Below are positions 39,819-51,099 of a stretch of 64,000 nucleotides of DNA, piece by piece. Under the pieces are notes generated by a model. It was not told the DNA's origin. It saw nothing but the letters and a program-made list of their open reading frames with translations, and ran no database searches. The translations under genes and the position numbers were made by a program. The stretch covers positions 1,312,001 through 1,376,000 of the forward strand of contig OZ244732.1 of the NCBI GenBank assembly GCA_965219345.1, given 5' to 3'. This DNA is from Nitrosopumilus sp. GTDB lineage: Archaea; Thermoproteota; Nitrososphaeria; Nitrososphaerales; Nitrosopumilaceae. Numbering within the stretch: the first letter of the stretch is position 1; each line of letters opens with the position of its first letter.

Positions 39819-39953
39819 GTAATCTTTGTATCTAAATCAAATCCAGTATAATTGAGTGTCTTTTTCGTTGATTTTAGTTGTTCTTTCTTGACTTGGATGT
39901 AACCAGAATTGATCTTCGAATCTTAACTAACTTTTTCCAAATGATAGGCTGAA

Positions 39954-40304
39954 ATGACAGATCCCTTAAAGGTACGACTGGAAAAACTAAGAAAATCATC
40001 CGAATCAGCTAAACGCAGAGCAAATTTGTATACTGAAGTTGCTAAAATGAATCAAGGTCCTAATACGAGTTCATTAGATGCTCTACAAAAAGCTCCTGCA
40101 CCAGGTAAAAAACTTCAAAAAATTGGATTTTTGATGTTGTGGGTTCCTGAACCCACTGGTGTTACTTGTGCAATTGGAGGGCCTATGATTGTTGCTGGAC
40201 GATATCTTGACAAAAAATACAATGGCGCAACTATTCACGATATTGGCCATGAGACAAAAAATACCTTTTCATCAATTAACGACTTTAAGAATTCTATAAT
40301 ATGA
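39954..40304 (+). CDS. Hypothetical protein
   Basis: 116-aa ORF with a hydrophobic PEPTG hairpin. Confidence 0.6.
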   Translation: MTDPLKVRLEKLRKSSESAKRRANLYTEVAKMNQGPNTSSLDALQKAPAPGKKLQKIGFLMLWVPEPTGVTCAIGGPMIVAGRYLDKKYNGATIHDIGHETKNTFSSINDFKNSII

Positions 40305-40342
40305 CACACTTAGTTTTTAAAAGGATTCAGATAAATTAATTT

Positions 40343-40834
40343 ATGACAACTCGGGGCCAAGTACTTATTCCTATTTCGATTGCCGCAGTAATCATTGGCA
40401 TTGCAGGTTTGATGTCACTTCCAAGTGAAAGTAAATTACAATCTGTTGAATTTCCTATGGGGACAATCATGGTTGATGACATTCCTCTTCAAGTAATGAT
40501 TGCTGATACTGAACCTAGACGTATTCGTGGATTAATGTTTGAAGATCAATTGCCTTATGATCAGGGAATGATCTTTGTATTTGAAGAATCTGGACTATAT
40601 TCACTGTGGATGCTTAACATGCAATTTTCTCTTGATATGATTTGGTTTGATCAGGACGGAAAAGTTGTACATATTGAAACCGATATTCCTCCATGTAAAA
40701 CTGCATTAGAAATCGCAACCTGCCAAAGTATTGTTCCCAATGAGGAAGCAGTTTATGTTCTTGAAGTTACATCCGGGTTTGTTACTAAAAATAATATTAC
40801 AAAAGACTCTTTATTGAGCATTATCTCAATTTAG
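40343..40834 (+). CDS. DUF192 family protein
   Basis: IADT...R.RGLMF, GMIFVF, LWM.NM.FSLDMIW, YVLEV. Confidence 0.85.
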   Translation: MTTRGQVLIPISIAAVIIGIAGLMSLPSESKLQSVEFPMGTIMVDDIPLQVMIADTEPRRIRGLMFEDQLPYDQGMIFVFEESGLYSLWMLNMQFSLDMIWFDQDGKVVHIETDIPPCKTALEIATCQSIVPNEEAVYVLEVTSGFVTKNNITKDSLLSIISI

Positions 40835-40875
40835 AATTGCAAAGCCTTATCTTTGAATGTTAAAGGTTGTAATTT

Positions 40876-41508
40876 ATGAACAAGTTAATTTTGATCCCTA
40901 TTTTGCTTGGCATTGCAGCAGTTGTTTCCATTTCTATCTTTTCAACTTCTGAAAACGCATCACAACCGCAGTCAAAATCAATCTATGAAGTAGGTTTTAC
41001 TTTTAATGATGTTGACAAAATTAAAAAATCTCTATCAACACAAAAAATTTTCATGTCTTCCCCGTCTGAAATCACTGATCACACTATAGAACAATACTGC
41101 CCATACTTTACTGATATTCAAAACCCAATTGAACATTGTGCTACTACTGCCATCACAGACATTCATGGAAAGTCCCTTGGAAATATCAACATGGGGGGAA
41201 CTATCGACGGACCAATCATGGCATTTGCCATTATTGACTCAACTCCACTTTTAGATTCAAAACAAGATGTAGTTAACCATGTTTTTCAAACAATGATTGA
41301 GACTTTGGTGTGTGACTGCTGGGAGGAAAAACAGCCAGGTGGTTTTGAATCTGTACGTGCATGGCTAGATACTGCTTCAGAAAAATATACTGAATCTACC
41401 CAAAGTACACTCACATCAAAAATTAATGGTCTGGAAAATATGAATCTGATTTTGGAGATAACCTCTACAAATGAAAAGTATCTATGGACATTAATTATTC
41501 TCAAGTAG
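40876..41508 (+). CDS. Secreted hypothetical protein
   Basis: N-terminal signal/TM, 210 aa. Confidence 0.65.
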   Translation: MNKLILIPILLGIAAVVSISIFSTSENASQPQSKSIYEVGFTFNDVDKIKKSLSTQKIFMSSPSEITDHTIEQYCPYFTDIQNPIEHCATTAITDIHGKSLGNINMGGTIDGPIMAFAIIDSTPLLDSKQDVVNHVFQTMIETLVCDCWEEKQPGGFESVRAWLDTASEKYTESTQSTLTSKINGLENMNLILEITSTNEKYLWTLIILK

Positions 41509-41536
41509 TCTAATTATATACAACAAAATTCTTTGA

Positions 41537-42322
41537 TTGGCGATTACAATGATTGATCAGTTATGGCTAATTGCTCTAGGATTTGCTGCAGGAATATTAG
41601 GTTCCATAATTGGACTTGGTGGGGGAATTATTGTCGTTCCTGTATTGACATTTCTAGGATTTCCTCCAACAACTGCTGCAAGTAATAGTCTATTTGCTGC
41701 ATTGAGTAATGCAATTGCATCTACTATCTCTTATTCTAGACAAAAAAGAATTGAATTTTCTTTAGGAATCACACTGGGGTTACTTTCCATTCCTGGAACT
41801 GTATTAGGTGCGTTAATCTCTACAGATGTAACTCCTGAAATTTTTAAAATATTATTTGGTTTAGTACTAATTGCATCTGCAGCTTACATTTTTTTGAGAA
41901 AAAAGATTGAGAGCAAAGAAAAGAAGCTTTCTACACAAATGATGGTCTTTGCAGTTGGTGCTAGTTTCTTTGCAGGAATAATATCTTCATTTTTTGGAAT
42001 CGGTGGCGGAATTGTGTTTGTTCCATTAATGGTAATTGGGATGGGAATGGCAATGAAAAGGGCAGCACCTACATCTCAGCTTATCTTGTTATTTGCATCA
42101 TTATCTGGTGTGCTATCTCACAGCTTATTAGGACATCCAGATTTTACACAAGCTGGACTTTTGGCAATTGGTTCCTTTATTGGTGGACTAGTTGGTGCAA
42201 GACTATCGCTAGAAATCAAAGAAAGATATTTGAAAATTCTTGTTTCTGCTGTAATTCTAATTGCTGCTGCAAAACTCTTTTTTGATTCAATATCTGATGG
42301 TTCTGTTCTTTTTGGATTCTAG
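41537..42322 (+). CDS. TauE/SafE sulfite-exporter family membrane protein
   Basis: Duplicated GLGGG / GIGGG..VP motifs. Confidence 0.88.
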   Translation: MAITMIDQLWLIALGFAAGILGSIIGLGGGIIVVPVLTFLGFPPTTAASNSLFAALSNAIASTISYSRQKRIEFSLGITLGLLSIPGTVLGALISTDVTPEIFKILFGLVLIASAAYIFLRKKIESKEKKLSTQMMVFAVGASFFAGIISSFFGIGGGIVFVPLMVIGMGMAMKRAAPTSQLILLFASLSGVLSHSLLGHPDFTQAGLLAIGSFIGGLVGARLSLEIKERYLKILVSAVILIAAAKLFFDSISDGSVLFGF

Positions 42323-42583
42323 CCTCGAATTTTTCCTTGTGCTTTTATGATAATTTTGTAATACAGACTGTTCGTTAGGTCATTTGACCTGATGGCTGGA
42401 GAGACTAGTCGGCTCTCTAGTTTCATTTTTAATCACAAATTGTTAGTATGATTTCTGCGACCCTATTAAATACAAATTCTACAAATCATGCTTATGACAA
42501 TAATATTCATTCCTGTAAGGCCATCAAGAAGAAGTGATGATGAATTTGACGATTAATCTACTTTAAGTTCAGATTTTTTAATC

Positions 42584-44350
42584 TTATCTTAATTCATCAA
42601 CACAGAAAACAATTTCTGCTGATGAAGCTGCACTATCCGACACAAGGAAATTAATTGCATCTGCAATTCTTTGGTTGTTTGGTTCTGCACCAGTTACTGT
42701 ACCTGGAAATACTGTAAGCATTCTAATTTTTGACTTTAGAACGTCACTTAGTTCTTGGTTAACTGTAGTTGTAAATGGTCTTAGTGCCCCTCTGAAAACT
42801 TCTACCTGGGCTCTTTGTGTTCCAGAAACTTTTCTTCCAACTGGTAAATCTGGACCAATTATCATGATTGCACCTTTTGCATCTTTGTAAAGGCGAGGAT
42901 CTTCACCTCCTCCTGGAACAAATTGCTCAAGTGCTCTTTGGGCTACTGTAGCTGGAGTTGAGATGAATTTTTCAGTTAGTTCTTCCCACTTTGCCCTGGA
43001 TAATTCCGTTAATTTTGATATTTCAGGCAACTTTCCTGTAACGTGAACCACTGCTAGGATTTCACCATGGTTAGTTTTAGCAGTGTTTAACCACTGTTCT
43101 ACCTCTTCAGGATTCTTGAGATCCATAATATGGGTATGGCATTTACTACTGATGTATTCCTGAAGTTCTTTTGGTGTTGATTGTGAAATGAAACATGCCG
43201 CTCTTCCTCCGTTTTTCTCAACATGCTGTGCCAAAAATTCCACTCTTTCGGCATCTGCTTTATCAGTTGCATCAATGGCAAACACAACTACTTTACCTCC
43301 AAAATCTGGCTGATGAACTCCTGGTGTTGCGGTTCCGATATGTGGTCTTACAGGATAAAATACTCTGTCTCCTGGAATTACTTTGCCGTTTAGAATTTTT
43401 GCAATTTCATCGTCACACAAGTTAAGAACTGATTCTGCCACTTGGTCTTGCTTTAGAAATTCTTGGTCTGCAATCATATGTGATGTATTGTTTTGAATTT
43501 TTCCTGCAAGACTTTGAATTTGTTCTAATAACTTTGTAAATGTCTCATTTACTTTGGTAACATCCTTTCCGTTTGCTAGTTTTGCAGCAACCTTGGCAAT
43601 TCCATCTGTGTCTACTCCATCTGCCAGTATGCATTCTAACAATTCTTTACTTGCTTCTTCAACTTCAACTGGACTTAGATCTTCAAATCCACTGACTCGC
43701 ATAAATTCTGATGCTGCTTTGGGATAAACAGTTTTATAAATTCGATCTGAATGCACTGGTCCTGGGTTTGTTGCAATGGATATGATTCCTTTATCTGTTA
43801 ATTCCCATGACATTGCCTCAGCTAATCTGTTCTTTGCACCTTGTGATGCAGTATATGGACTTCTAAATCTGTATGGTCTTTGCTCTAATGGTCGTTCTTC
43901 AGTAAAGAATGTTGAAATTGTAATTATCTTTCCTCCCTCTTTCATTACTTTGAGTGCCTGTACAGAACCCCAGAAAGTACCAGTAAGGTGAATTCCAATA
44001 GTACTTTTGAATTCATCTAGTGGCGCATTTGCAAAACATGTGACGGGACCTGAAACTCCTGCATTATTAATTATGTAATCTACAGTAACGTTCTCATTTT
44101 TTAGTGAATCAAACATGTTATTCATTGCTGTCTCATCAGCTACATCTACTCCTGAAAAAATTCTAACTGACGCGCCACTATTTTTTTCAGAAATAATTTC
44201 TTCTAACATTTTTGATGTTTCTTCTAATGGTTCCCTCCTTCTTCCAAGGATAATTACACTTGCTCCATTTTCAACAAATTTTTTAGCTATAGCTTTACCT
44301 ATACCCGTTCCGCTGCCTGTAATTAGGGCAACTTTGTGTTGAAATTTCAT
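42584..44350 (-). CDS. Two-domain SDR oxidoreductase (malonyl-CoA-reductase-like)
   Basis: TGSGTGIG, NNAGVSGP, PYRFRSPY, NPGPVHSDRI; second degenerate SDR domain. Confidence 0.8.
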   Translation of the reverse strand: MKFQHKVALITGSGTGIGKAIAKKFVENGASVIILGRRREPLEETSKMLEEIISEKNSGASVRIFSGVDVADETAMNNMFDSLKNENVTVDYIINNAGVSGPVTCFANAPLDEFKSTIGIHLTGTFWGSVQALKVMKEGGKIITISTFFTEERPLEQRPYRFRSPYTASQGAKNRLAEAMSWELTDKGIISIATNPGPVHSDRIYKTVYPKAASEFMRVSGFEDLSPVEVEEASKELLECILADGVDTDGIAKVAAKLANGKDVTKVNETFTKLLEQIQSLAGKIQNNTSHMIADQEFLKQDQVAESVLNLCDDEIAKILNGKVIPGDRVFYPVRPHIGTATPGVHQPDFGGKVVVFAIDATDKADAERVEFLAQHVEKNGGRAACFISQSTPKELQEYISSKCHTHIMDLKNPEEVEQWLNTAKTNHGEILAVVHVTGKLPEISKLTELSRAKWEELTEKFISTPATVAQRALEQFVPGGGEDPRLYKDAKGAIMIIGPDLPVGRKVSGTQRAQVEVFRGALRPFTTTVNQELSDVLKSKIRMLTVFPGTVTGAEPNNQRIADAINFLVSDSAASSAEIVFCVDELR

Positions 44351-44453
44351 TATAGATATGCTATCAAATTTTCTGTGATATTTAATTGGATTGATCCCTA
44401 AGAAAAAATAATTTCTTGATATCTTTATTTGTGGGTGTGACTCATGATTTTTT

Positions 44454-44690
44454 ATGCATGATACAGAGTTAGACACATTTGTTAATCAAACATGGCCTGA
44501 AAAATTTAGTGGTATGTTAAAGGAGATCGGAGTGGATTCTGTATCAAAAGAAATTGGAACTGATGATGTCGAAAAAGATGAATACTATGGTAGATATTTT
44601 ACTCAAACACCTAGAATGGTAACTAATAGGGGATGTCTTGATGTCAAGAACTCTAACATTGATGTAATACAAATTATTCAAAAGGGATAA
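44454..44690 (+). CDS. Hypothetical protein
   Basis: 78-aa ORF, start uncertain. Confidence 0.5.
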   Translation: MHDTELDTFVNQTWPEKFSGMLKEIGVDSVSKEIGTDDVEKDEYYGRYFTQTPRMVTNRGCLDVKNSNIDVIQIIQKG

Positions 44691-44692
44691 AA

Positions 44693-45070
44693 ATGCAAGA
44701 TCCAAATCCAATCCCCTGGGGTGCACAAGACAGATTTCAAGCACATTTTATTGTAAGAAAGGATGTTGGTACGGCAGATGGAGACTATCTTGCAAAAACT
44801 AAACTAACAACTAAAGGACATTTTGGCGCGAAGACTGTTGTTAAAGTTGAATGGAATGGTCCTGGTAGTTTAGCTTCAAAACTAAATGAAGATGACGAAC
44901 TTAATGAAATGATTGCAAAACAATCAATCAAATATACAACTATCTATGTTGAGCCCACTGATGTAGCCGTCAGAATTAGAGGTAAATGGGATAATCACCT
45001 CGCATTTGGAATTACCAAAGAACTTTTTGAAATTTATAATAAAATAGCTGGTCACATAAAAGCAATCTAA
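44693..45070 (+). CDS. Hypothetical protein
   Basis: 125-aa ORF. Confidence 0.6.
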   Translation: MQDPNPIPWGAQDRFQAHFIVRKDVGTADGDYLAKTKLTTKGHFGAKTVVKVEWNGPGSLASKLNEDDELNEMIAKQSIKYTTIYVEPTDVAVRIRGKWDNHLAFGITKELFEIYNKIAGHIKAI

Positions 45071-45603
45071 GCTTTCCACCAGTCTAACGCAAGGAAATCT
45101 ACTTTATCTTTACCTTTAGGAATTGCTAAAATGAATTGCTTTCTTACTGTGGTTGCAAGTCGTCCTGCAAGAACAATTCCTGTTGATGTAATTGCCTCAT
45201 TTCTATTATAGACCTGAATCAGATAAGGGGCATGATCAATTCCTGGTCCTTTTTCATACACAGCAAAGTCGCACCCAAATTTTATTCCAGGATTGATAAT
45301 GTATCCTTTATCTCTGAAATTTTTGTAAACTAAATATTTTTTATCAAAATCATGATATTCTTTTTTGCAAATCTCAATCATTTTATCAATCGTTACTTTT
45401 TGTTTTGACTTAGTAATGGTGATTTTCTTATTTTCTAAAAGGTATAGTCCTTCAATTAGATCTAAAATTAGTGGAACATCTATTTCTTCAAGTTTAGGTT
45501 TTGGAATGCCTATTGGTTTTCCATAATACCCTTGACTGAAAAGCTTACGTGAATCATCAATATTCCAAACAATGATTCGATTTTCAATTAATTCACTTTT
45601 CAT
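45067..45603 (-). CDS. endA: tRNA-intron endonuclease, catalytic subunit
   Basis: GIKFGCDFAVYEKGPGIDHAPY, RLATTVRK. Confidence 0.92.
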   Translation of the reverse strand: MKSELIENRIIVWNIDDSRKLFSQGYYGKPIGIPKPKLEEIDVPLILDLIEGLYLLENKKITITKSKQKVTIDKMIEICKKEYHDFDKKYLVYKNFRDKGYIINPGIKFGCDFAVYEKGPGIDHAPYLIQVYNRNEAITSTGIVLAGRLATTVRKQFILAIPKGKDKVDFLALDWWKA

Positions 45604-45703
45604 AATTTTTATGAAACATTAAGCGTATATGAATTCTCTAGTTGAGCATAACCGCTTTTGAAGAATTGAAAATAAAGTAAAAACGGAAAATGATTTGTTT
45701 TGC

Positions 45704-46357
45704 TTATAGACTCAATGCTAGTAGTATGAAAGAATCAGATACCCGTTGACATTTGTCTGCCATCTCTTCGATTCCTTCTATCACATCTTTCATCAACATC
45801 AATTCTTTAGTGTTTGATACTTCAGATAGAAGTTTAATTGTGGCATCTCTGTATTTGATATCAATTTCTCTCTCTATTGTCTGTGTTTCTTGAGCCAATT
45901 CAATTGCATTTGCAGTGTTTGTGTTGAGACTTCTGATGATCTCATTTAGCTTGTATACTTCATCTACAACTAGTTCAATCAGCTTTGTTATCTCTTTGTC
46001 AAGGTTTCCGCTTTTTAGTGTAGTTAGTTTCACGTTTGAAAGTTTGAATGAGATACCTGTGATGTAGCCCGCAATTTCATCCATCGTATATGCTGTATTG
46101 AGAAGATTTTCTCTATTCATGATTAATCCTCCAACATCTGCTACTTCTCGTGTAATCTTTCTTCTTAGATTTTCCACTTCTTCTTCAATGGTTGAAATTT
46201 GTTCCAATACATTTTTGACTCCTGTCTTATCTTTTTTCATCATAAGATCAGGTAAGGTTGCAAGTTCTCTGGCAGCGTTTAGAATTCTGTTGATTTCGTC
46301 TTGTAAAACTGCTATGGCTTTTCTTTTTGCTTGAACCTCAAGCTCTCCGCTATACAT
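45704..46357 (-). CDS. DUF47 / PhoU-like phosphate transport regulator
   Basis: IEEEVENLRR, IEREID, IEEMADKC helical repeats. Confidence 0.8.
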   Translation of the reverse strand: MYSGELEVQAKRKAIAVLQDEINRILNAARELATLPDLMMKKDKTGVKNVLEQISTIEEEVENLRRKITREVADVGGLIMNRENLLNTAYTMDEIAGYITGISFKLSNVKLTTLKSGNLDKEITKLIELVVDEVYKLNEIIRSLNTNTANAIELAQETQTIEREIDIKYRDATIKLLSEVSNTKELMLMKDVIEGIEEMADKCQRVSDSFILLALSL

Positions 46358-46446
46358 AACAGAAAACGAACAATTCTCAGGTAATTTAAATCCTCTATGA
46401 CTGTTGATATTTTTTGAGCACGATTAAATCAAATTTTTATCAGAAG

Positions 46447-48189
46447 TCACTTTTTTTGTCCTTTGTATAATGTAATAACTTCTTCATTTGTAGATGCATC
46501 TTCAACTGCTTTTTCAACCCTGATTTTCCCAGTAAATTTTGGGAATCTCAAAGCAAGACCTGCATCTTTTCTAATCTTATCTTTTGCTGCTTTATGTATT
46601 GGACTTAAAGTAATCTCCGAAGCTACTATCTCTATTACTAGTTCTGGTTCAAACCACACATCAGCTTCCATTTCACTATCTATGCGTGGATTTTTCTTAA
46701 TTGTAACTTTAGGATTTAAAATTTGATACAATTGATCTAAATCTTCATCTGAAAATCCTGTTCCTACTTTACAAATACTTGTGAATATATCTTCATCTTC
46801 ATCATATGTTGCAAGCAGTAGTGTTCCATAGTTTCCTGTTCTTCTACCCTTTCCAAAAAATCCCCCTATTACCACAAGATCTAAACTATCTCCTAATTCA
46901 TTCTGATATTCCCGCTTTAGCTTCAACCAATGACTTCCCCTTGAACCTGCTTTGTATGGCTTATCAAGCATCTTCAACATCAATCCCTCACTACCTGCGT
47001 TAATGCTATTTTCTAAAAAGTCCTTAATTTCGTTATCATTTTTGACTAATGTCATTGGGACATATTTTGCAAAATCATCTTCTTTTACAATTTTCTCTAG
47101 TTTCTCTCTTCTATCTTTGTAGTCTAATTCTAAACAGATCTTTCCATTGCAGTACAAAATATCAAAAAAATTCACTGTGATTGGATATTGTGTAACTGCT
47201 TTTTCTATCTTGTATTTTCTTCTTCTATGCATCAATTCCTGAAATGGTAGAAAATCTCCCGTATTTTCATTAATTGCCACTGCCTCTGCTTCTAAAATTA
47301 CATTGTCTGCTTGAATTGCTTTGGGAATTTTTTCTATAATGTCCGGATAATAACTTGAAATGTTTTCTAAACTTCTAGAAAACAATACTACTTTTTCACC
47401 TTCAATGTGGAGTTGTACTCTTTCTCCATCTAACTTGTATTCTGCCGCAAAATTGCTTCCCATTTTTTCAATTGCATCCTTTTCACTCCTTATTCTGTCT
47501 GCAAGCATTGGCCTGATTGGATTAAATAAAATAACATCAAATTTCTCAACTCCTTCTATGCCTTTAGTTGCTATAGTTTCAGCAACTTTTCCTAAATCAC
47601 TTGAGACATTGTATGCATGTTGCAAAATTTTTCTATTATCCTTATTTCCCGAAAATGCTACTGCTAATGCATCCATCACTGTGTTTTCTGCAATTCCTAA
47701 TCTTAATGATCCCAACAAAATCTTCAAAATGTAACTTGCCTCTAATGGATTTGCGTCATTTAGTAAACTCGAAATATATTTTATCTTCATATCTTGTGAA
47801 CCCGAGCCTTCTAACTTGGCAATTTTGAATAATGTATCGTAGACTCTTTCTACTGTAATGTCTTCTGCAAGAAACGTTGTCTGTGTTTTTTGTTCTAGTA
47901 TTATAGATGCGGCATGTCCTAGATCTCCTTGTTTCCTATATTCATCTTCAATTTTCTTAATTGGAATTCCTGATGACTTTGAAATTGCTCTTAACGCAAG
48001 TTTTTCAGCAACACCTAATTCAATTCCTTCAAAATCTGGTCTTAGTTTTCCCTGTAACAGATACACAATTTTAGAAATAATATTCTCCGAGGTTTTTTCA
48101 AATAATTCTACTAGATATTGTGTTAACCCTGATCTTTTCCTGGTTGATTCCATTTTGTTAAAAGAATCAGCTAAAATAGAGAACTCCAT
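46447..48189 (-). CDS. lig: ATP-dependent DNA ligase
   Basis: EYKLDGER, EGLMLK, WLKLKREY, LRFP. Confidence 0.96.
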   Translation of the reverse strand: MEFSILADSFNKMESTRKRSGLTQYLVELFEKTSENIISKIVYLLQGKLRPDFEGIELGVAEKLALRAISKSSGIPIKKIEDEYRKQGDLGHAASIILEQKTQTTFLAEDITVERVYDTLFKIAKLEGSGSQDMKIKYISSLLNDANPLEASYILKILLGSLRLGIAENTVMDALAVAFSGNKDNRKILQHAYNVSSDLGKVAETIATKGIEGVEKFDVILFNPIRPMLADRIRSEKDAIEKMGSNFAAEYKLDGERVQLHIEGEKVVLFSRSLENISSYYPDIIEKIPKAIQADNVILEAEAVAINENTGDFLPFQELMHRRRKYKIEKAVTQYPITVNFFDILYCNGKICLELDYKDRREKLEKIVKEDDFAKYVPMTLVKNDNEIKDFLENSINAGSEGLMLKMLDKPYKAGSRGSHWLKLKREYQNELGDSLDLVVIGGFFGKGRRTGNYGTLLLATYDEDEDIFTSICKVGTGFSDEDLDQLYQILNPKVTIKKNPRIDSEMEADVWFEPELVIEIVASEITLSPIHKAAKDKIRKDAGLALRFPKFTGKIRVEKAVEDASTNEEVITLYKGQKK

Positions 48190-48226
48190 CCCAATCCTTT
48201 ACTTAATCCTGAATAAAAGTTTGAAA

Positions 48227-48640
48227 CTAGATGTATTTGAAAATTATTGGTTTGTCTGAATCAGTATGTTCAGAAACTAGTGCAAAGTTGTATAATGGAT
48301 ATTCTTTTTTGTATTGTTTCATAAAACTCCAAGCAACATCATGTGTTTTGAATTCAGTTCTAATGCCGTCAATTTGGCTCTTTTTCCCAAATACATCGAA
48401 TGTTATCACTGAATACTGTTTTGGACGATTATGGGGCCTTGCCTTAACAAGCCAAAACAGTGCAAAAGCGAAGACCGATCCTAAAATTATGTACTCGCCA
48501 GCCATTTTGAAGAATGTCAAAAAGATTCCTGGTATGGTCTGTCCAAATAAAACAGCCATAAAATTTGAAAATGTAATTACTGCAAATACTGTAACAAGGT
48601 AAGTTTTGTAATCAAAAATTTTTTGAAAACAACTTTTCAT
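48227..48640 (-). CDS. Hypothetical membrane protein
   Basis: Two TM helices followed by a soluble domain. Confidence 0.65.
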   Translation of the reverse strand: MKSCFQKIFDYKTYLVTVFAVITFSNFMAVLFGQTIPGIFLTFFKMAGEYIILGSVFAFALFWLVKARPHNRPKQYSVITFDVFGKKSQIDGIRTEFKTHDVAWSFMKQYKKEYPLYNFALVSEHTDSDKPIIFKYI

Positions 48641-48769
48641 CTATTTTGATAGAGTCTTTTTTCATTTAACTATTTCCTAAAACTTGATGACATGTATAGT
48701 CCAGAAAGTAGTATACCCCCCTCAAAATAGGAGGGACGCATACTGACTGAAGCAAGACGCAGAATTGAG

Positions 48770-49811
48770 ATGATGGTACGTGGGTTCCTAAAGCGCACAC
48801 AGAGGTGGAGACATATCGGAAGGCACCGCATCAGGGTCATAAGAAAACTTGACGAGTCAAAGGTAAAGTGGATAATCCTGCAGAAGAAGGCCGGCAAAAC
48901 GACCAACAGACAGATTGCAGATACCATGGGCATCTCCGAGATCTGGGTAAAGAAACTGTGGGCCAGGTACAAGGGTGTGGAACCTGACAGGATAGTCTAC
49001 CCGGCTAGCATGGGCAGGCCCGAGAATGGTCTTCCGGGTCGCAGGGAACACTCTGCGGTCCTCTCTGCACACTGCAGGCACCGCCAGGGGGCCGTCCGCA
49101 CGGAGCGACTGATCGAGGAGGAAGAGGGAATACATATCCCTCACAATGCCGTACACGGCATAATGAGGGACAACAACCTGTCGGCAAGGCAGCCCAAGAA
49201 GAGCAAGAGGCGCAAGTGGATCCGCTTTGAGCGCACCTACTCCAACTCGATGTGGCACACAGACTACAAGCAGCTGGATGACGGAAGGTGGTTTATCGCC
49301 TATCTGGATGACGCCTCCAGGTTTATTGTCGGATACGGCGTCTTTGATCAGGCCACCTCCAGGCACGCAATCGAGGTTCTCAGGGCAGCAATGGAGGCGC
49401 ACGGCAAACCCGCGTCCATTCTGACTGACCGCGGCAGCCAGTTCTACGCCAACGAGGGGCAGTACAAGAAGAAAGGCGCCTCCGAATTTGAGCGGGAGCT
49501 GGTGTCGCTGGGCATCAGGCAGATCCTGGCGCGTGTAAGACACCCGCAGACAAACGGCAAGCTCGAGAGGGTTCACGGTGAACTCCAGCGCAAACTGCAC
49601 CTCTTCGAGGAGGAGTCGGCCTACAGAACGGTGCGTTCAGCAGGATCCGAGACGGACCGTGTGGGCGGACCGTTCAACACGAAACCAAAGACGGATCCCG
49701 TGGAGCGGTTTGTGGAATGGTTCAACCACGACCGGCCACACATGTCACTTGATCTGGACAACCTAGAGACACCGGCGCGGGCATTCACCAGAAAGATGCC
49801 ATCCCCAGGAC
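48770..49811 (+). pseudogene. IS481 transposase, C-terminus displaced to 55066-55119
   Basis: Near-identical to 7911-8999 up to KMPSPG; the tail QTVIDEQTGEEYDVR* is found at 55072-55119. Confidence 0.9.
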
Positions 49812-51052
49812 GGTGCTGTCCAAATCCTCCCGGAAAAATCCGCGAAAAGCTTATGGATCATGAATCATCCCGTAATGCTTTTTGATCACGGGACATGGCA
49901 CACATCTAATGTCTTTGAAAAGAAAGAAGCGTGAGAGGGCAGGCGCGCAGTACGACGCCCATGTCAGGCAGTATCGCAGGCATGCCAGGAACGCCAATGC
50001 CAGAAAGTATCGCAACTATAGGGCATACGAGGGCAGGCGAAGGGAGGAGGGCAGAACCATAAGGGCGAGGATCAAGAAACTCAAGAGATTGATCCCCCAC
50101 CGTATGGAAGGATGCCTCCGATGACGCGGCCGCCTTGCTGTGCGTGCTGGATATGGCGTTCCGGAACCACTCGTACAGGGTTCATGTCACGTACATGGAA
50201 CTGCACCCGGGTTCGGTAAACGCCTACGGCCTAAAAAGCATTCCATCAAAATCGACCCTGCACAACATGGCGGTGAAGCTGTCTGCCCAGATGACATGCA
50301 TCATGGAACTGTTGATGGCACAGGCAGGCAATGATGCCTGCGGCACGCTTGCAGGCGACTCGTCGGGGTTCTCCATATGAGGTACGAGGACGGAGGATGC
50401 CAAGAGGGGAGTCGTGTCCAGACGCAGGTTCGACAAGCTGCACGTGCTTGTGGCGCTCCGCATGGCATGATATCTGCCTGCGAGGTGACACATGGAAGGG
50501 CGCACGACTCGCCGGTATTCCGCACGATGTTTGCAAGGATCTCACATGGTTCGGGGCACGTGCTGCTGGACGCGGCCTACCTTGCAAGGAAGAACTGCCG
50601 GGCCATAGCAGACAGCGGGCGCCGGTCCGTGATATGCCCAAGGAGAATTCTGTTCCCCGGGGGTTTGGTCCGATGGGAAGGATGCTTAAGTGGCACCGCG
50701 ACGATCCTAACGGATTCAAAAAGGCGTATCACCGGCGCAGCCTGGTGGAGGGCGTCTTCTCTGTGATCAAGGAGAGGTTCGGTGCCGTGGCACGCGCAAG
50801 GACTGCCCCGATGAGGCGGGTGCATCTGAGCCTCATGTGCATATGCTACAACCTGGTCGCATGATGCCATCACTGCTGGAATGCTGTGTCTGGCCTAGCG
50901 CAAGCTGTATTCTGGCACTCCGTTTTGGTGCGGAATTGTGAAACCATGCATGTTAGCCCGTCTAATTCGGCCGTACGGGTTGATTTGTCCTCATATCCTT
51001 ACACCAAAAGTCATGCAATCAGTGTCCAGAATTGGCAAGTTTGGACAGCACC
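49812..51052 (+). mobile_element. IS5-like (DDE_Tnp_1) insertion sequence with a frameshifted transposase
   Basis: 13-bp TIR GGTGCTGTCCAAA / TTTGGACAGCACC; GDSSGF, KLHV, HDSP, LLDAAY, YHRRSLVEGVFSVIK spread over several frames. Confidence 0.85.
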
Positions 51053-51099
51053 ACCTTGATCGATATAGATATTTACCCCCTCCCCCCTGTAGATAGTCA

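Noticed and set aside
46426-46460. Apparent short C-terminus of DNA ligase and A-run frameshift in the CheY-like gene as programmed frameshifts
   Set aside because: Single-base differences in homopolymer runs; could be sequencing error or simple slippage and cannot be resolved without reads
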